From Malacoraja senta (Eukaryota): a stretch of DNA of 64,000 nt. Shown here piece after piece: positions 11,953 through 24,202 of this stretch. The stretch spans positions 248,001 through 312,000 of the forward strand of contig JAXLNO010005869.1 in the NCBI GenBank assembly GCA_038087875.1, read 5' to 3'. Position numbers and translations under genes: made by a program. The notes under the pieces are model-generated. The model was not told the DNA's origin, ran no database searches, and saw only the letters and a program-made list of their open reading frames with translations. The first letter of the stretch is position 1; each line of letters begins with the position of its first letter.

Positions 11953-13548
11953 ATACTCACAGATAACGTAATAAAACAAAACAAAAAAATAATTAATATC
12001 CCTAATAGGGCAAAAGAAAACCCACAGTCCTAGTGCAACCAAGGCAGTCCATAGTTCATAGTTTAGTTAGTGTTTTGTAGTGTTCAGGAGTCTGATAGTG
12101 TTGGGAAGACGCTATTCCTGAACCTGGTGGTGCAATGAGTAAGTCGGAAGGCTCCTAGACTGTTGACCGTTTTTTGAACAGAGTATAGTGGATAAAGAAT
12201 AGGAGGTTTTGATACAAAATGGTATAACTGCACCGGGATTACTGTGTGCTGTTTTGGTCTCCATATTTAAGGAGGGCTGTGCTTGTTTCAGCTTATGCAG
12301 AGACAGTTCAGTAAGTGGATTCCTAACAGTTGACAGAAGAAGAAATGTTGAGCAGGAGGAGGCCATTGTGAATTAAGATTAAGAGAAGGATTGATGGAGT
12401 GGATGCTCAGGACATCTCCCTGAGTGGAGTTATATAGATATAAGAAACATAGTTTCAAAATAAAGAATAATAGCCTATTTGAAATGGAAAAGAGGAATGT
12501 TTCCTCTAGGCTGGTTGTGACTGGAGTTCTCTACCCCAGTGTGCATAGGAAGGCAGAGTCATTGAATATATGCACAACAGAATTTGACAAAGATTTAAAC
12601 TACAAGGGAATCGAGAGCTATGGGAAGAGAATGATGTTGAGATCATGATCAAATCTGCTGTGATCTAATTGAGGCTCAAGGAGCTGATCAGTCTTCTTAT
12701 TTCCTTATTAAACCAGCATGCTCCAGATAAGTCTGCTTTTATGAACTGTGCACATTTTAGTCATATTTCATTTGGGAGTAATGAACTGATTGAAATCTTT
12801 AGCAAGCATTTTAAAATAAATAATGCAAGCAATCTGGCCTATTAGTAAAATTCTCTCCCATATGTCAAACCATTTGGTTTTGATCATTGGTTTATAGATA
12901 CATGCTTCCCCATCAGTCTCTCACACTTTATTTTGTTTTTTATTAACCCCAGAGGAGTTCAGTACTGATGCTGAATAACCACCTAGAGCAGACTTGTCCA
13001 TCTTGCATCATGCTATGACCATATTTTTACTTTAAAAAAATGATCTATTATTTATTTGTGGACATCATATCTTGTTTATTTGTGCTTCTGCTTCATAATA
13101 GGCGAGCGGATGTTCAGTGCTGCCGAAAGCACTGATTCAGTTATGTGGTCCATTTCACTAAGCATATTTGCTGGAGCCAAAATCCAAGCACAGAAACCTC
13201 TCCATCCCTCACACCTTTTCCATGTCAAACAATCATTTTGCAGCAGTAACCCATGTGACTTTTGAAAATACTCATTATATGAAATTAAACATTAATCATT
13301 CGGGGATAAGGAATCTCATATTTCTATAAAAATAATATCAACTCTTGAAGACAAAACTTTGAGGAATTACTTGGTATGATCAGATCGTAGAGTAAAATTC
13401 ACCACCTTATCCCTTTGTTTTGCTCAGGACTATCTATCTATCTATCTATACATAACTAAAACTCTGATCTTGTGCTCTTCCGGTTTGCGTGGATTTTCTA
13501 TATGCATAAAAACGGTATACGATAGTGCTACGATTTTTCACCACCTTA

Positions 13549-14214
13549 AGGGCCTGTCCCACTTACGTGTCCTTGGCACGCAAATTACGCTACCTCCTCA
13601 TCGCATTGAGGCGCACGGGCATCGTATGGCCACACGGGGCCGGTCCCACTGAGAAGCGCGGAGGGGTATGGAGTTGTTCGCGACATTGTGCGGGGCTCCG
13701 AAATTTTTGTAGCGAACAAAATCTTTGCGCGCCAACGGCCTGTCGGGGAACTGACGGCCAAAGTGGGACAGGCCCAAGACCCTGGCGCGACGCAACGTCT
13801 CACCTTCAACAGCAGCAGAAGCAGGCAAATGATCGCCGAACTCGGCCTGGGGCTCACGGCCGTTGCGGTCCGGATCCGCTCCCACTTCTACTCCCAGAGC
13901 GGGGCCAAGAAAATTGAAGATAGACGCAAAATGCTGGAGTAACTCAGCGGGACCGGCAGCATCTCTGGAGAGAAGCAATGGGTGACGTTTCGGGTCAAGA
14001 CCCGAAATATCACCCATTGCTTCTCTCCAGAGATGCTGCCAGTCCCGCTGAGTTACTCCTGCATTTTGTGTCCATCTTAAAATGACGTCACGCGCTACAG
14101 ACGGTTGTGCGGTCAAATGAAGTCGCGCGCGACCATCGCGGGACCGTCGTGCATCAACGCGACCACGAGGTCGCGTAATTAGCGTGCCAAGGACACATAA
14201 GTGGGACAGGCCCT
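13549..14214. mobile_element. PIF/Harbinger-type MITE inserted in Helitron A
   Basis: TIR AGGGCCTGTCCCACTTA...TAAGTGGGACAGGCCCT extending inward for more than 30 bp; TTA TSD at 13546-13548 and 14215-14217. Confidence 0.9.
13915..14075. mobile_element. Palindromic Penelope pLTR insertion inside the MITE
   Basis: Two inverted pLTR arms (atgctggagtaactcagcggg / cccgctgagttactcc) meet at the hammerhead stem II, tttcgggtcaagacccgaaa, at about 13988-14007. Confidence 0.8.
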
Positions 14215-14894
14215 TTACTCGCCATTCTCCTGTGCTCAAGTGCAACAAGTTTTATTCTGATCGATGGTACATTTTAAAAGTTATTAAGGTTTAAAAACCG
14301 CGCATGCGCAGATTGGTCTCCTCTCCTGTCTGTCAGTGCCACGCAGATTGGTCTCCTCTCCTGTCAGTCGCCTGGATGGCGACACCCCTTTGTGCACCAT
14401 CGCCGCACTGATTGGCCGGGTCCGCTGTCAGTCACAGGCGGCGCCTGTCATTGCCCGGCGAGGAGAATATAACGCTGAAGGAGCGGAGTGAGCATCACTA
14501 ACGCTCCGCCGGCTGGAGAGTGGGTGGGGTCTACGTCTGCATCTACGTGCGCCTCCGTGGTGCCGAGTGGGCGAGCAGCCGAGCCCACTTCACGGCATCC
14601 ATGGTGCCCACCCGCGGGCGCCGTCGGCCGCTTCGCCTGACCCGAGCTTCTACCCGCAAGGGTTTCTATGCGGGGATCCAGGAGGCATCAAGACTGCGGC
14701 GGTGAGGCCTCGCGACGATGGGACCCGGCGGTGAGGCTTCACGGCGATGGAGCTATGGCGCCTGTGTGGCCTCGCGCCGGCGGTGGGTCCTCGCGGCGCC
14801 GGTGGGGCCGAATATTGCCGAAATATTGCCGAATTTCAAAATACCCAGAGAAATCTATCTCTTCTTTTTTCAGTTTTTTCCTGTCTCATGTCTG

Positions 14895-15327
14895 GTGGGG
14901 GAGGAGGGGGAATAGCGGGGGAGGAGTGGGGAATGTAGGGAGTGGGGAATAGAGGAGGACAGTGGGGGAGGTGATTAGGGAAGGGATAGAGGGATAGGAG
15001 GGGGGGATGGAGTGGAGAGGGAGGGAGGGAGTGTGAGGGTAGGGGAAAGGAGAGGGAGAGAGAGGTGAAGGAGGAATTGGGGAGGGGAGGAGGAGCGGAA
15101 AGAAGGGTGGGGGAGGAGGGGAATAGAGGGAGAGGAGTGGGGGAGGTAGGGAGTGGGGAATAGAGGGAGAGGAGGGCAGTGGGGGAGGTCAGGAGTAGGG
15201 TAGAGGGATAGGAGGGGGTAGGAAGGGGTGAGGAGTATGGAGGGAGGTAGGGAGTGACAGGGAGGAGGAGAAGGGAAAGAAGAGGGAGGGTGAAGAGGGG
15301 GAGGGAGTGCTGGGGGATGAGGGGAAA
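14895..15327 (+). repeat. G-rich polypurine low-complexity tract within Helitron A
   Basis: Almost pure G/A with recurring ggggaatagaggga...gtggggga units. Confidence 0.9.
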
Positions 15328-16252
15328 TGAGCTGCACCTGCGCAGTTGGGGGCTATGCGTGAGTGGTGGAATATTGCGTTGGGGGAGCAGACCCAACAGG
15401 TCTGCACTTGGTCTATGAAACAATAAAACTTTAATCTAGGTAGCATAAATACCGGTTTCTAATACATAATAAATTTGAAGTGGAAGTTAGGTGTGTATTT
15501 TCAATACACTAACCATGATTGATCTTGAACAACGTAATGCTATTTACAAGGTAATTTTACATCAGAACAAACTTATTTCATTCCATCCAAGGAAACATTT
15601 AAAGGCCATTTAACCACCTAATTTACTGATTATATTCTTCATTGATTCCTAATGACGTGTCGAGAAATTGGTCACTGGGTTCTTCCTGAGATTCCTCAGC
15701 ACCATATCTGGAAATTGTCTTTCAGATCTTTGCCAAGTTGAACCAGCAATGGATCTGACATTCTCATTAATTTCAGTGAGAATTGTTCAGCAAATGACCA
15801 TGAAGTAAAGTTACTCGTTTAAAATTGTTTTGTTTTACTTGACTTGTTAATTATTTGGGTATTTTTTGTGTTTAAATTAACTTTTCTTTGTTTCTTATTC
15901 CTTATTTATATTAATTGTAAGTTTTTTGTTGTTTCTGATTGCCAGTGGTATTTAAAATCCATTACAAATCAAATTTAGCTTTTATAGTTGCAAGAATTCT
16001 GCTTTCGACTTTGCTTGCTGTCACAGTATGTGAGACTTCAACAACAAAGCCTCCTCACTACCAGAGGAGGATCTGTCACCATTCGGGCAATGCTCTGGAA
16101 TCCATGATGAACAGGATCAGTAAGATTAGCCCTCCACGTACAAAGTTACTCACTATCTCAGAGTTTTCCCCCTGCATCTTTGCTTTGTGCACTTGGTACA
16201 TACATAAGCAATTTGTTTAACTTGTGCTTTGTGAACTATTTACTGTCTACAG

Positions 16253-16495
16253 GGGCAAGCTGATCTGCTGAAGCATGCTAAAATTGAAGCACTGGACAAC
16301 CTGAAGCAAATCCATTATGCTGCAGTGTCTTGTGGTCTGAACAAGCCAGGCACTGGGAATGCAGAATCGTCCAAGACAAGGCGAAGCCTCGAGGCCATAC
16401 CTGAGAAGGAAGGTGTGGATATCGGATCTGGGGACCAAGCTGCAGAATGTCACAACAATACAACCACTGAAAAATCCATCAAAGCTGCCAAATGA
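16253..16495 (+). CDS. PLCL2: Inactive phospholipase C-like protein 2 (PRIP-2), final coding exon
   Basis: Acceptor tttactgtctacAG ends at 16252. Phase-0 frame reads [54 protein letters not shown]...KAAK*. This matches the recalled PLCL2 C-terminus ([33 protein letters not shown]...RRSLEVIPEK) better than PLCL1. Not in the supplied ORF track. Confidence 0.9.
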   Translation, partial: GQADLLKHAKIEALDNLKQIHYAAVSCGLNKPGTGNAESSKTRRSLEAIPEKEGVDIGSGDQAAECHNNTTTEKSIKAAK

Positions 16496-17920
16496 AAGCA
16501 ATTATGTGTAACATTTGGTTTGCACTTGAAAGCCTTCTCGGGTTGGTTGGTTTTAATACTTTGGGAATTCTAAAGCACAATTCTGAGTCTTGGTATAATG
16601 TGACAAATGGAGCATCTCCAAGTGAAAACATACTACTAGTGATGGAAAATTACTACTGCTCTCAACAAGCTGCGGACTTGCCATTGAATGTTCATCTGCC
16701 AAACTAATATGTATATATGATGTCACAAATAATCAGTTAAAGTGTAACTTTTTTTCTAGTAACTTATGCTGCCTTTTTACATTCTTTTTGTAAATGTAAC
16801 ATTTCTCTAGATACCTAAAATACATGTCTGCATTTAAGTACAAAATAGTTGTTATACAGAAGAATATGTGAAGTATATATAAATACAAGTGTCTGTGTGA
16901 AACCACCTAAACATTGCAAAGCTTGTTGAGCCATAAGTGGAATCACAAATCATTGATTGTGGTCACTGAGCGTCAGTGCACTTTACAATGACCATTAATC
17001 AAGGAAAAGCTGGATAAATTCTACTGTAAATCCTGCCCTATAGAGATAATTGTTAATGTTAAACAAAAACATTTGAAGTGCTTGTACCCAGCGTCTGGTG
17101 ACCAAATAGGCAGCAGCTTTTTTGCAAGTTGTTGTAATATATATATATATATACGTTTTATTTCACAAAGTGGAAAAGTTAGGCTTATTAATTTCCACAA
17201 GAAAGGATTCCAAGTTATTCATGCAGTGCACTACCAGCAGCCATGATCTTCCATATTGCTGAATGTAACTGATTCGCTGGGAAAGAAAGGCAATTCTTTC
17301 ATCTCTTTCGTACGAACACAAGAAAATATGAACAGGAATAGGCAACCAAGCCACAAGCTTGCCCAGCCATTCATGATATGATTATGGCTGATCTATGTTG
17401 GCCTCGTCCTCTTCTGTGCCAGTTCCTCATAACTCAATTCCCTGAACTTTCAAACATTTGCCTTTCTCCATATTAAACGTATCAAATATCTGCCCTCCAC
17501 CACCTTTGGGTCAGAGAATTCCAGAGATTCATTCCTCTCTAAGAGAAGAACCTCAGTGTTAAGTGACCAGCCCTAAATTTTGTAGTTCTGTCCCTTGTTC
17601 ACGACTCTTCCACTATTGGAAACATCTCCACATTTACCCTGTCAAGCCTTTAAAATAATAAAATATAATTATTTTATATATTTGAATAAATGTATTATTT
17701 TTCTAAATTTCAAGACATACAGACCCAACCTGTTCAGGCCCTCGATAGGACAACCCTCTCATTGTGGGAATTCACTCTGAATTATTTGAAAACAACAGTA
17801 TAAAATAAAATGTTAATATCATCATTGTTGGCAGTCTTGAACCAATCAAACAGTTGTTGGGTTATAGATCGGAGCAGCAACAAAAGTTTGCATTTTTTAA
17901 AAATAAAGTCCATTTGAAAT
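16496..17920 (+). other. PLCL2: Putative PLCL2 3'UTR with candidate poly(A) signals; minus-strand CR1 remnant at about 17320-17780
   Basis: AT-rich sequence after the stop codon; AATAAA at 17657, 17685, 17804 and 17902. The true 3' end cannot be fixed from DNA alone. Confidence 0.5.
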
Positions 17921-20506
17921 CCTCCCAAATTAGTGGTCTAGTGTGCAAAATAGTTGTTGCTGCAGACTTTTGTAAAGGGATTGTATGTTGTGATGTGAAC
18001 AAATTCGCTGCTCTGTTTTTTAAGTTATATACTTTCAATGATAGGTGAGAAAAGTCCGAAGAATTTTTTTACCAAACCATACTCCTTGTGGTCAAAAAGA
18101 AACCGGGAAGAGTAAATGAAAATTGTATAAGCTTAGAAATCCCTGTAGAGTGCTTCCAGCTAGCCTCGGAGACTGATTGCCAATCCCTCAAATATCCAAT
18201 TTTGTCCCCACTTTGATTCTGCCAGTTTATTAAGCATTCTGGAAGTTTGCTAATGCACAAGATATTATAATCTGCCCCCTCTCCCCGTGCTGTATTTCTG
18301 GCTCTTAATATTTGTGAAAATCAGAAACATTTGGGTTCAATTGATCAATCCTCTTGTTATTATTTAGTGACTCCTTTGTTTACAGTTCTTGAAGCTTCTT
18401 AAAAAGTCTGTGCAGTGCATGGACAGATTCCCTTTAGCATTCACATCACAGAAAGAATCGTGTGCGTGTTGTTCATAGAGGAAATTTAGGTGGACTCACT
18501 GCAGCATGTGATTCCTTCAGCTCAAACTTCTGTGGCATTGTGACTATATCACAGTCAGTGGAAGGAAATGTCTACCCTGCAGTGCCTTAGGTCAGTCATT
18601 AGTTTTCTTGTCTTTCCTTTTACTTACCCGGAAATCTTTGGTGCGGAATGGCTGACTGAACTGTAAACACAGAAACCCAGGCCTGGCCATTCATCACTTG
18701 CTAGAATTTATGATATTGTGGCTACCCTTCATTATTTAATCATCAGAGAAAAACTACTTTTCCTTAGGTACAAGAAATCTATAAAGATAGATGTTTTTAC
18801 TCTCTATGCACTGATATGATACAGTAGATAGTTCACGTTCTATAAAAGCCATGCAGTGAAATTCTTGGAATGAAATTTGAAAAGGTTATCTAGTGATGGC
18901 AAAATCTTAACTTATTTATGCCTATATTTAATTTATAACTTTAAAATATATTTTCGTCTTATATCTGAGATCTAATTTGGAGTATAAATTTGTTATTTTA
19001 TAATATATACAGATGGGGGAAAAATAATCATTTTGAAGACCCATGAAATAGCAGATGCTTAAATCTCGAGCATAAAACAAACTGCTAGAGGATCTCGGCA
19101 GGTCAGGCAGGATCTGTGGAGGGAAAGGGATTGGGACCTTTCTTGGGGTTGGGATCTTTCTTCAGACTGAGGAAAGGTCACGACCTGGCACGTTATCTGT
19201 CCATTTTCCTTCACTGAAGAACAACATGTGACCGGCTGAGTTCCTCCAGAAGTTCTGTGTTTTCTCTGCCCAGGATTCAAACCCAGTTTATTCCCTTCTC
19301 TAATGTATTCACAGAGCAACCCCACCAATGGTCCATGCCAGAATCCTCCAATGGAAACAAATGGGTGAATTCTCTAGTTGGCAGCTGTTTGGGCCAGTTT
19401 TGTCACTTAGGAAAATCATGGGTGATCCTAATGTTTATGTTCTTGCTGATCTATATATTCCTTGATTTCCTTATTGTTCAAACTCTTATCAATCTGAATC
19501 CTGAATACACTCAAAATCGGAGCATTCTCGAGTAAAGAATCGCAGGGGCTCATGACCTTCTGAGTAAAGGAATTTCTTCAAGCCTCGTTTCCAAGACTGT
19601 GAACCCATTTCTTGAGACTACGTTATATTTCTAAACTCTCCAGTTAGAGAAAACTGCCTCAGGATGCCAGCCTTGTCAATGTTTCAGAATCTTACGTGCT
19701 TCAATCAGATTACTTGCATTTTCCCAAACACCAATAAGAAGTGGCCCATGCTATTAAATCTCCTTTCATAGAAAACTTTCTTATCCCTGAAACTCTGCAA
19801 ATGAACCTAGGCTGTGCTGCCTCGAAGGCATGTAGATCTTTTCTTAGTTATGAAGATCCAAACTACACACAAATTTCCAGGTGTGATTTAACCAAAGCTC
19901 TGCACAGATACATAAAGACATCCTTACTCTGCACTCTAAACCTATTGAAAGAAAGACCAAGATTCCACTTATATTCTGAAGTTCTTCCTTTACCTGCATC
20001 TTGACTTTCCGTACTTGCATTTCTGCTTATCACCTACCATGTGTTCCTTATCTGTTCCATCTCCCTCTTCCCCACCTGGTTCCACCTGTCTCTCACCCCC
20101 TCCCCATCTCGTTTCACCTTCCACAAAGCAGCGTTTATGGCATCCCTCTCCCCCAAACTATGACTATTTACCGCTCCTCTGACTACTTTCCAGTTCCCTT
20201 TCAATCTTGATCCAGGATCCTCAGCTGAAATATTTACATACACCTTTTGTCTCCATAGATGCTAGTTGATTCAAAGCATCTTGTGCTATACTATTCTATA
20301 TTCTATCTGTTTCTGTTTGAGACTCCAGCATCTGCAGTCTTGATTATAAATCTTTAGATTAATATCAGTACAATTCTGTAGAATGCCAAAAAAAATCCTT
20401 GATTTGGTGCATTGTCCTTAGGATTTTTAGATGGTTTAAAATATTTAGAAAACCTTCTGAACTCCATTTTCCTTTCATTATACATAAATATGTAATTTTC
20501 TACTAA

Positions 20507-20724
20507 GGTAGACACAAAATGCTGGAGTAACTCAGCGGGTGAGGCTGCATCTCTGGAGAGAAGGAATGGGTGACGATTCGGGTCGAGACCTTTCTTGAAG
20601 AAGGGTCTCGACTTGAAATGTCGCCCATTCCTTCTCTCCAGAGATGCAGCCTCACCCGCTGAGTTACTCCAGCATTTTGTGTCTACCTTCGATTTAAACC
20701 AACGTCTGCAGTTCTTTCTCACTC
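20507..20724. mobile_element. Palindromic non-autonomous Penelope pLTR insertion with 12-bp TSD
   Basis: About 90-bp inverted arms joined at two back-to-back partial hammerhead cores (about 20570-20625); ATTTTCTACTAA at 20495-20506 and 20725-20736. Confidence 0.88.
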
Positions 20725-20759
20725 ATTTTCTACTAACATCCAAATAGAGTTAACTTGCC

Positions 20760-21700
20760 ATTGCAAATCTGTTATCTTCGTAGAACGTTCTTGACTAGTT
20801 TCCACATTTATTAGTGGATTCCTATTCTCCATTGGTTGGTCCAGAAATCTGTGCACATCTGTAAAATGTTTTCCATCTACGGAGATTAAATAATAGCATA
20901 TTTTATTTGAGAGCAGGAGGATGTGAATTAGCGTCCATTAAATTGAAACATTATTCTCTTAAAACGAGTATGAGCAATTTACAAGTAGTCCGTGATAATT
21001 TACAGCTTGTTTTCTTATAATTGGATGATCTTTTGAATAAATCAAGCCTTGTTTTATCAATGTCCTATGCTGCCGATTATCCAGCTGATCCTTCATCTGT
21101 ATGGAGAACAGATACTAATTGTAAGTAACACATGAAGCATCATTTGCAAAACCCAACTCAGAAGTTCCATAATGGGATCCATTCCAGCGAATCTATTGAC
21201 AATTGTTCATGACCTGGGGCGTTCATCCTTCTAGACTGTCCATCAAACTTACTTCTATCAACTGGGTACATTTTGCCAATTAGACCATGAACAACATCTA
21301 TCTGATAAAGGAGAAAAAGGTTACCATCACCACTTACGTACTCGAACTGAACCACATTTCGCCCATTCGCACTTGACTCAACCATGCAGAAGTATTATGG
21401 CTCAATGCGTGTTTCTGGCCTTATGCGATGATGATTAGATCATCAAAGAAAGTACTCAGTGTAAGCTTTGCATGCTTATTGATCCATGACTTAGTTGCTC
21501 AAAAACAATGCGCAGAAAATTATACAGGAAGCTGATTTTATTAACTTGGTACACAACGAAAATCATAGTCATTATTGGCAATGTTATATTTTTTACATGA
21601 CTGGCTAAAATTCAACTAAAATCTTCCAAATCAAGAAAATAAATTACTATATATCACAATTTTTAAATCCTATGTGACTTATCAAAGTGCAACTGCAACA
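20760..21700 (-). pseudogene. Highly decayed hAT (Tip100/ZMYM1-like) transposase fossil
   Basis: Minus-strand peptides YFCMVESSA...QFEYVSGDGN, DRSKFDGQS and FMCYLQLV echo, in order, the YFSIxxDExxD...RYV, GQxYDGA and HCxAHxLxLV motifs. Confidence 0.4.
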
Positions 21701-22120
21701 TCAATTCTAAATTTAACAATACAATGTCAACCATTCGATCCCAGCACAGTGACCTTTGAGTAATGATCTGTTTTGATATAAAACTTAGTGAATTTCAGAA
21801 TGTAGTGGAGAAATCTATAACTTAAATCAAATACTGATTTCCAAACATTAAAGAGAAATATTTGAAAATTATGTAAGGGAACTGCTCTATAACTATATCA
21901 GAATATAAGAAAATGGTTTAAATCAATCGTCCTCAGGGTCTCGGACAGGACAAATAATTTAAGGCATCTGCTCAAGTTTGGAACTGATAAATTAGTTTAA
22001 AAAAATTATGAAACTATTGATAAGTTGTAAGTTGCAAAAATTTAATATATATTTTCATCATTATATGTATATAAGATATGTAAAACAATAGTTCTCATCA
22101 TTGCAAAGCAACTATTAGAC

Positions 22121-24202
22121 CAGCGGTTCTTAACCTGGGGGTCGTTTGGGTTTTTTCCAGGGGTCATGAAGGGGTTATAAATAACATATCAATTTGTTGA
22201 GCCCATTTTTAGAAACCTAACAAAGGTACATACCACACAGTATTTTGTTCGCGTATGCGTGTACGTATACGCACACGAACTGTGTGCGTTGCGAACCATG
22301 TCTGCCAAGAAGCGCACGTATAGTGAAGTATTTCTCAAGTTCGGCTTCACAAGCATTGTTCAAAAATCCGTGGTCAAGCCGCAATGTGTTATCTGTGCCA
22401 AGGTTTTGAGCCACGAGTGCATGAAGCCCAGCAAACTGAAAATCCATTTGGAGTCCACAGCGACCTGGCGGGGAAGGGCGTGGAAAAATGAAAAGAAGCC
22501 GCACTCAAGGGTTCCCGCATCGATTTGACGGGTCACTGCGCTCATCAAAATGAAGCAGCACTGGAGGCTTCATACCGGATTGCTAATTGAATCGCACAGA
22601 CTAAGAAACCTCACACCATCGGTGAAGAGCTTATCAAGTCAAGCCTTCTCGAAGCAGCGAAGTTGGTGCTGGGGGTACAGCAGTCAAACAAGTTCAGGCA
22701 GATTTCCCTTTCGAATGACACAGTCAAAAGTCGAATCTCGGATATGAGTAATGATATTCTGCTGCAAGTAATGAGCGCTGTGAAGAGCAGTCCAGTGTAT
22801 TCACTGCAACTGGACGAGTCAACAGATGTTGCCTCATGTTCCCAACTGCTAGTCTACGTTCGTTACCTCGACGGAGAAGCCATGAAGGAGGAGTACCAGT
22901 TCTCGGAGCCATTGGCCACTACCACTCGGGGAGAAGATGTGTTCAGAATGCTGGTAGCCCTCATCAAATATGAGCTTGGCTGGGAACGACTTGTCGGGGT
23001 GTGTACAGATAGGGCACCTTCCATGGTCGGAAGCAGATCCGGCCTCAAAGCCTTCGTGAAGGATGTCACTCCCCATGTCTCCTTTACCCACTGCATGATA
23101 CATCGCCATGCTTTAGCGATGAAGACTCTCCCTCCTGGTCTTCCAGAAGTGCTTTCAGATGTGGTGAAGATTGTGAACCACATCCGAGGGAGCACAACAA
23201 ACTCAAGAATCTTCAGAGCGATGTGTGAAGAAATGGGCGCCGATTTCACTGTTCTGATATTCCACACAGACGTGCGCTGGCTTTCGCGTGGTAAAGTTCT
23301 CAATTGCGTGATTCAACTTCGAGAGGAAATAGCGCTGTTCTTGCAGAGAGGGTGTACCAGAAGGAGAATCAGCTTCATGAAAAGATGCAGGATGAACTGT
23401 TCGTGATGAAGGTTGCTTACTTGGCTGAATTTTTCGCCGAGGTGAATTCCTTGAACTTGTCACTTCAAGGAAACCTCCCAATGCTACACACGGCTCATGA
23501 CAAAGTGGCAGCGTTCAGGAGGAAGATTCTTTTCTTTACCAGAGAAGAGTCCAGGACGGTGACATGACTATCTTCCCTGAGATGACGACACTCCTGGATG
23601 CTACACCAGATGCTGAATGCCACTTCCACGAGGAGATCTCAACCCACCTTCTGGCAATTAGCAAAGTCATCGAATGTTACTTCCCCGGACTGGACGACCG
23701 CTCTCGTGATGAGTGGATCGTCCGACCCTTTTCCGTTGAAGACGGTGCTATCAGCAATACTGACGTGGCTGCGAAGGTTGAATTTTACCGAATTCGTGAA
23801 AAGGCGCAACTCAAGAGTGACTTCATGGAACAAGAGCTCGCCACATTTTGGCTGAAAGTGAAGGACTGTCCTGTTGTTTCGCAGAGGACTCTGACCCTAT
23901 TGGCCCAGTCTCCCTCAACCTATCACTGTGAGGCTGGATTTTCAACCATGGTAGCTCTGAAAACGAAGGCACGCAATAGGCTTGTGATCAACGCTGACAT
24001 GAGGTGCTGCCTGTCGAGCAATCGTCCTCGTTTTGATCGCCTGATAGCTGCAAAGCAATTTCAGACATCCCATTGACTGAGTATTGGCAGACATGTTTTA
24101 ATAAATCGGGCTGTTTTTTTTTTCAATTTTTGTTTCGGGGTTCACGGCATTGACCAAGAATGTCTGATGGGGTCGTGGGGCCAAAAAGGTTAAGAACCAC
24201 TT
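22121..24202 (+). mobile_element. hAT DNA transposon, Buster/Charlie type, full length
   Basis: TIR CAGCGGTTCTTAACCT / AGGTTAAGAACCACTT; perfect 8-bp TSD TATTAGAC (22113-22120 and 24203-24210) with the central TA typical of Buster. Confidence 0.95.
22298..24076 (+). pseudogene. Frameshifted hAT transposase (ZBED5/ZBED8/SCAND3-like family)
   Basis: N-terminal zinc finger KPQCVICAKVLSHECMKPSKLKIH; YSLQLDESTD, VCTDRAPSM, HCMIHR, HTDVRWLSRG and STYHCEAGFS spread across several frames. Confidence 0.93.

Larger units (their letters stand above)
13445..15415 (+). mobile_element. Non-autonomous Helitron (copy A)
   Basis: 5' A|TCTATACATAACTAAAACTCTGATCTTG; subterminal hairpin GCAGACC-caaca-GGTCTGC at 15387-15405 followed by acttggtCTA|T; termini similar to copies at 38577, 60075 and 63370. 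Confidence 0.8.

Noticed and set aside
14836-15423. Pro/Leu/Ser-rich 195-aa ORF
   Set aside because: Antisense reading of the polypurine tract.
16027-16110. Possible penultimate PLCL2 exon (tcacag...gtaaga)
   Set aside because: The phase-0 frame contains stops and no frame resembles the expected ESFTWNITILK peptide. That exon was not found and probably lies upstream of the window.
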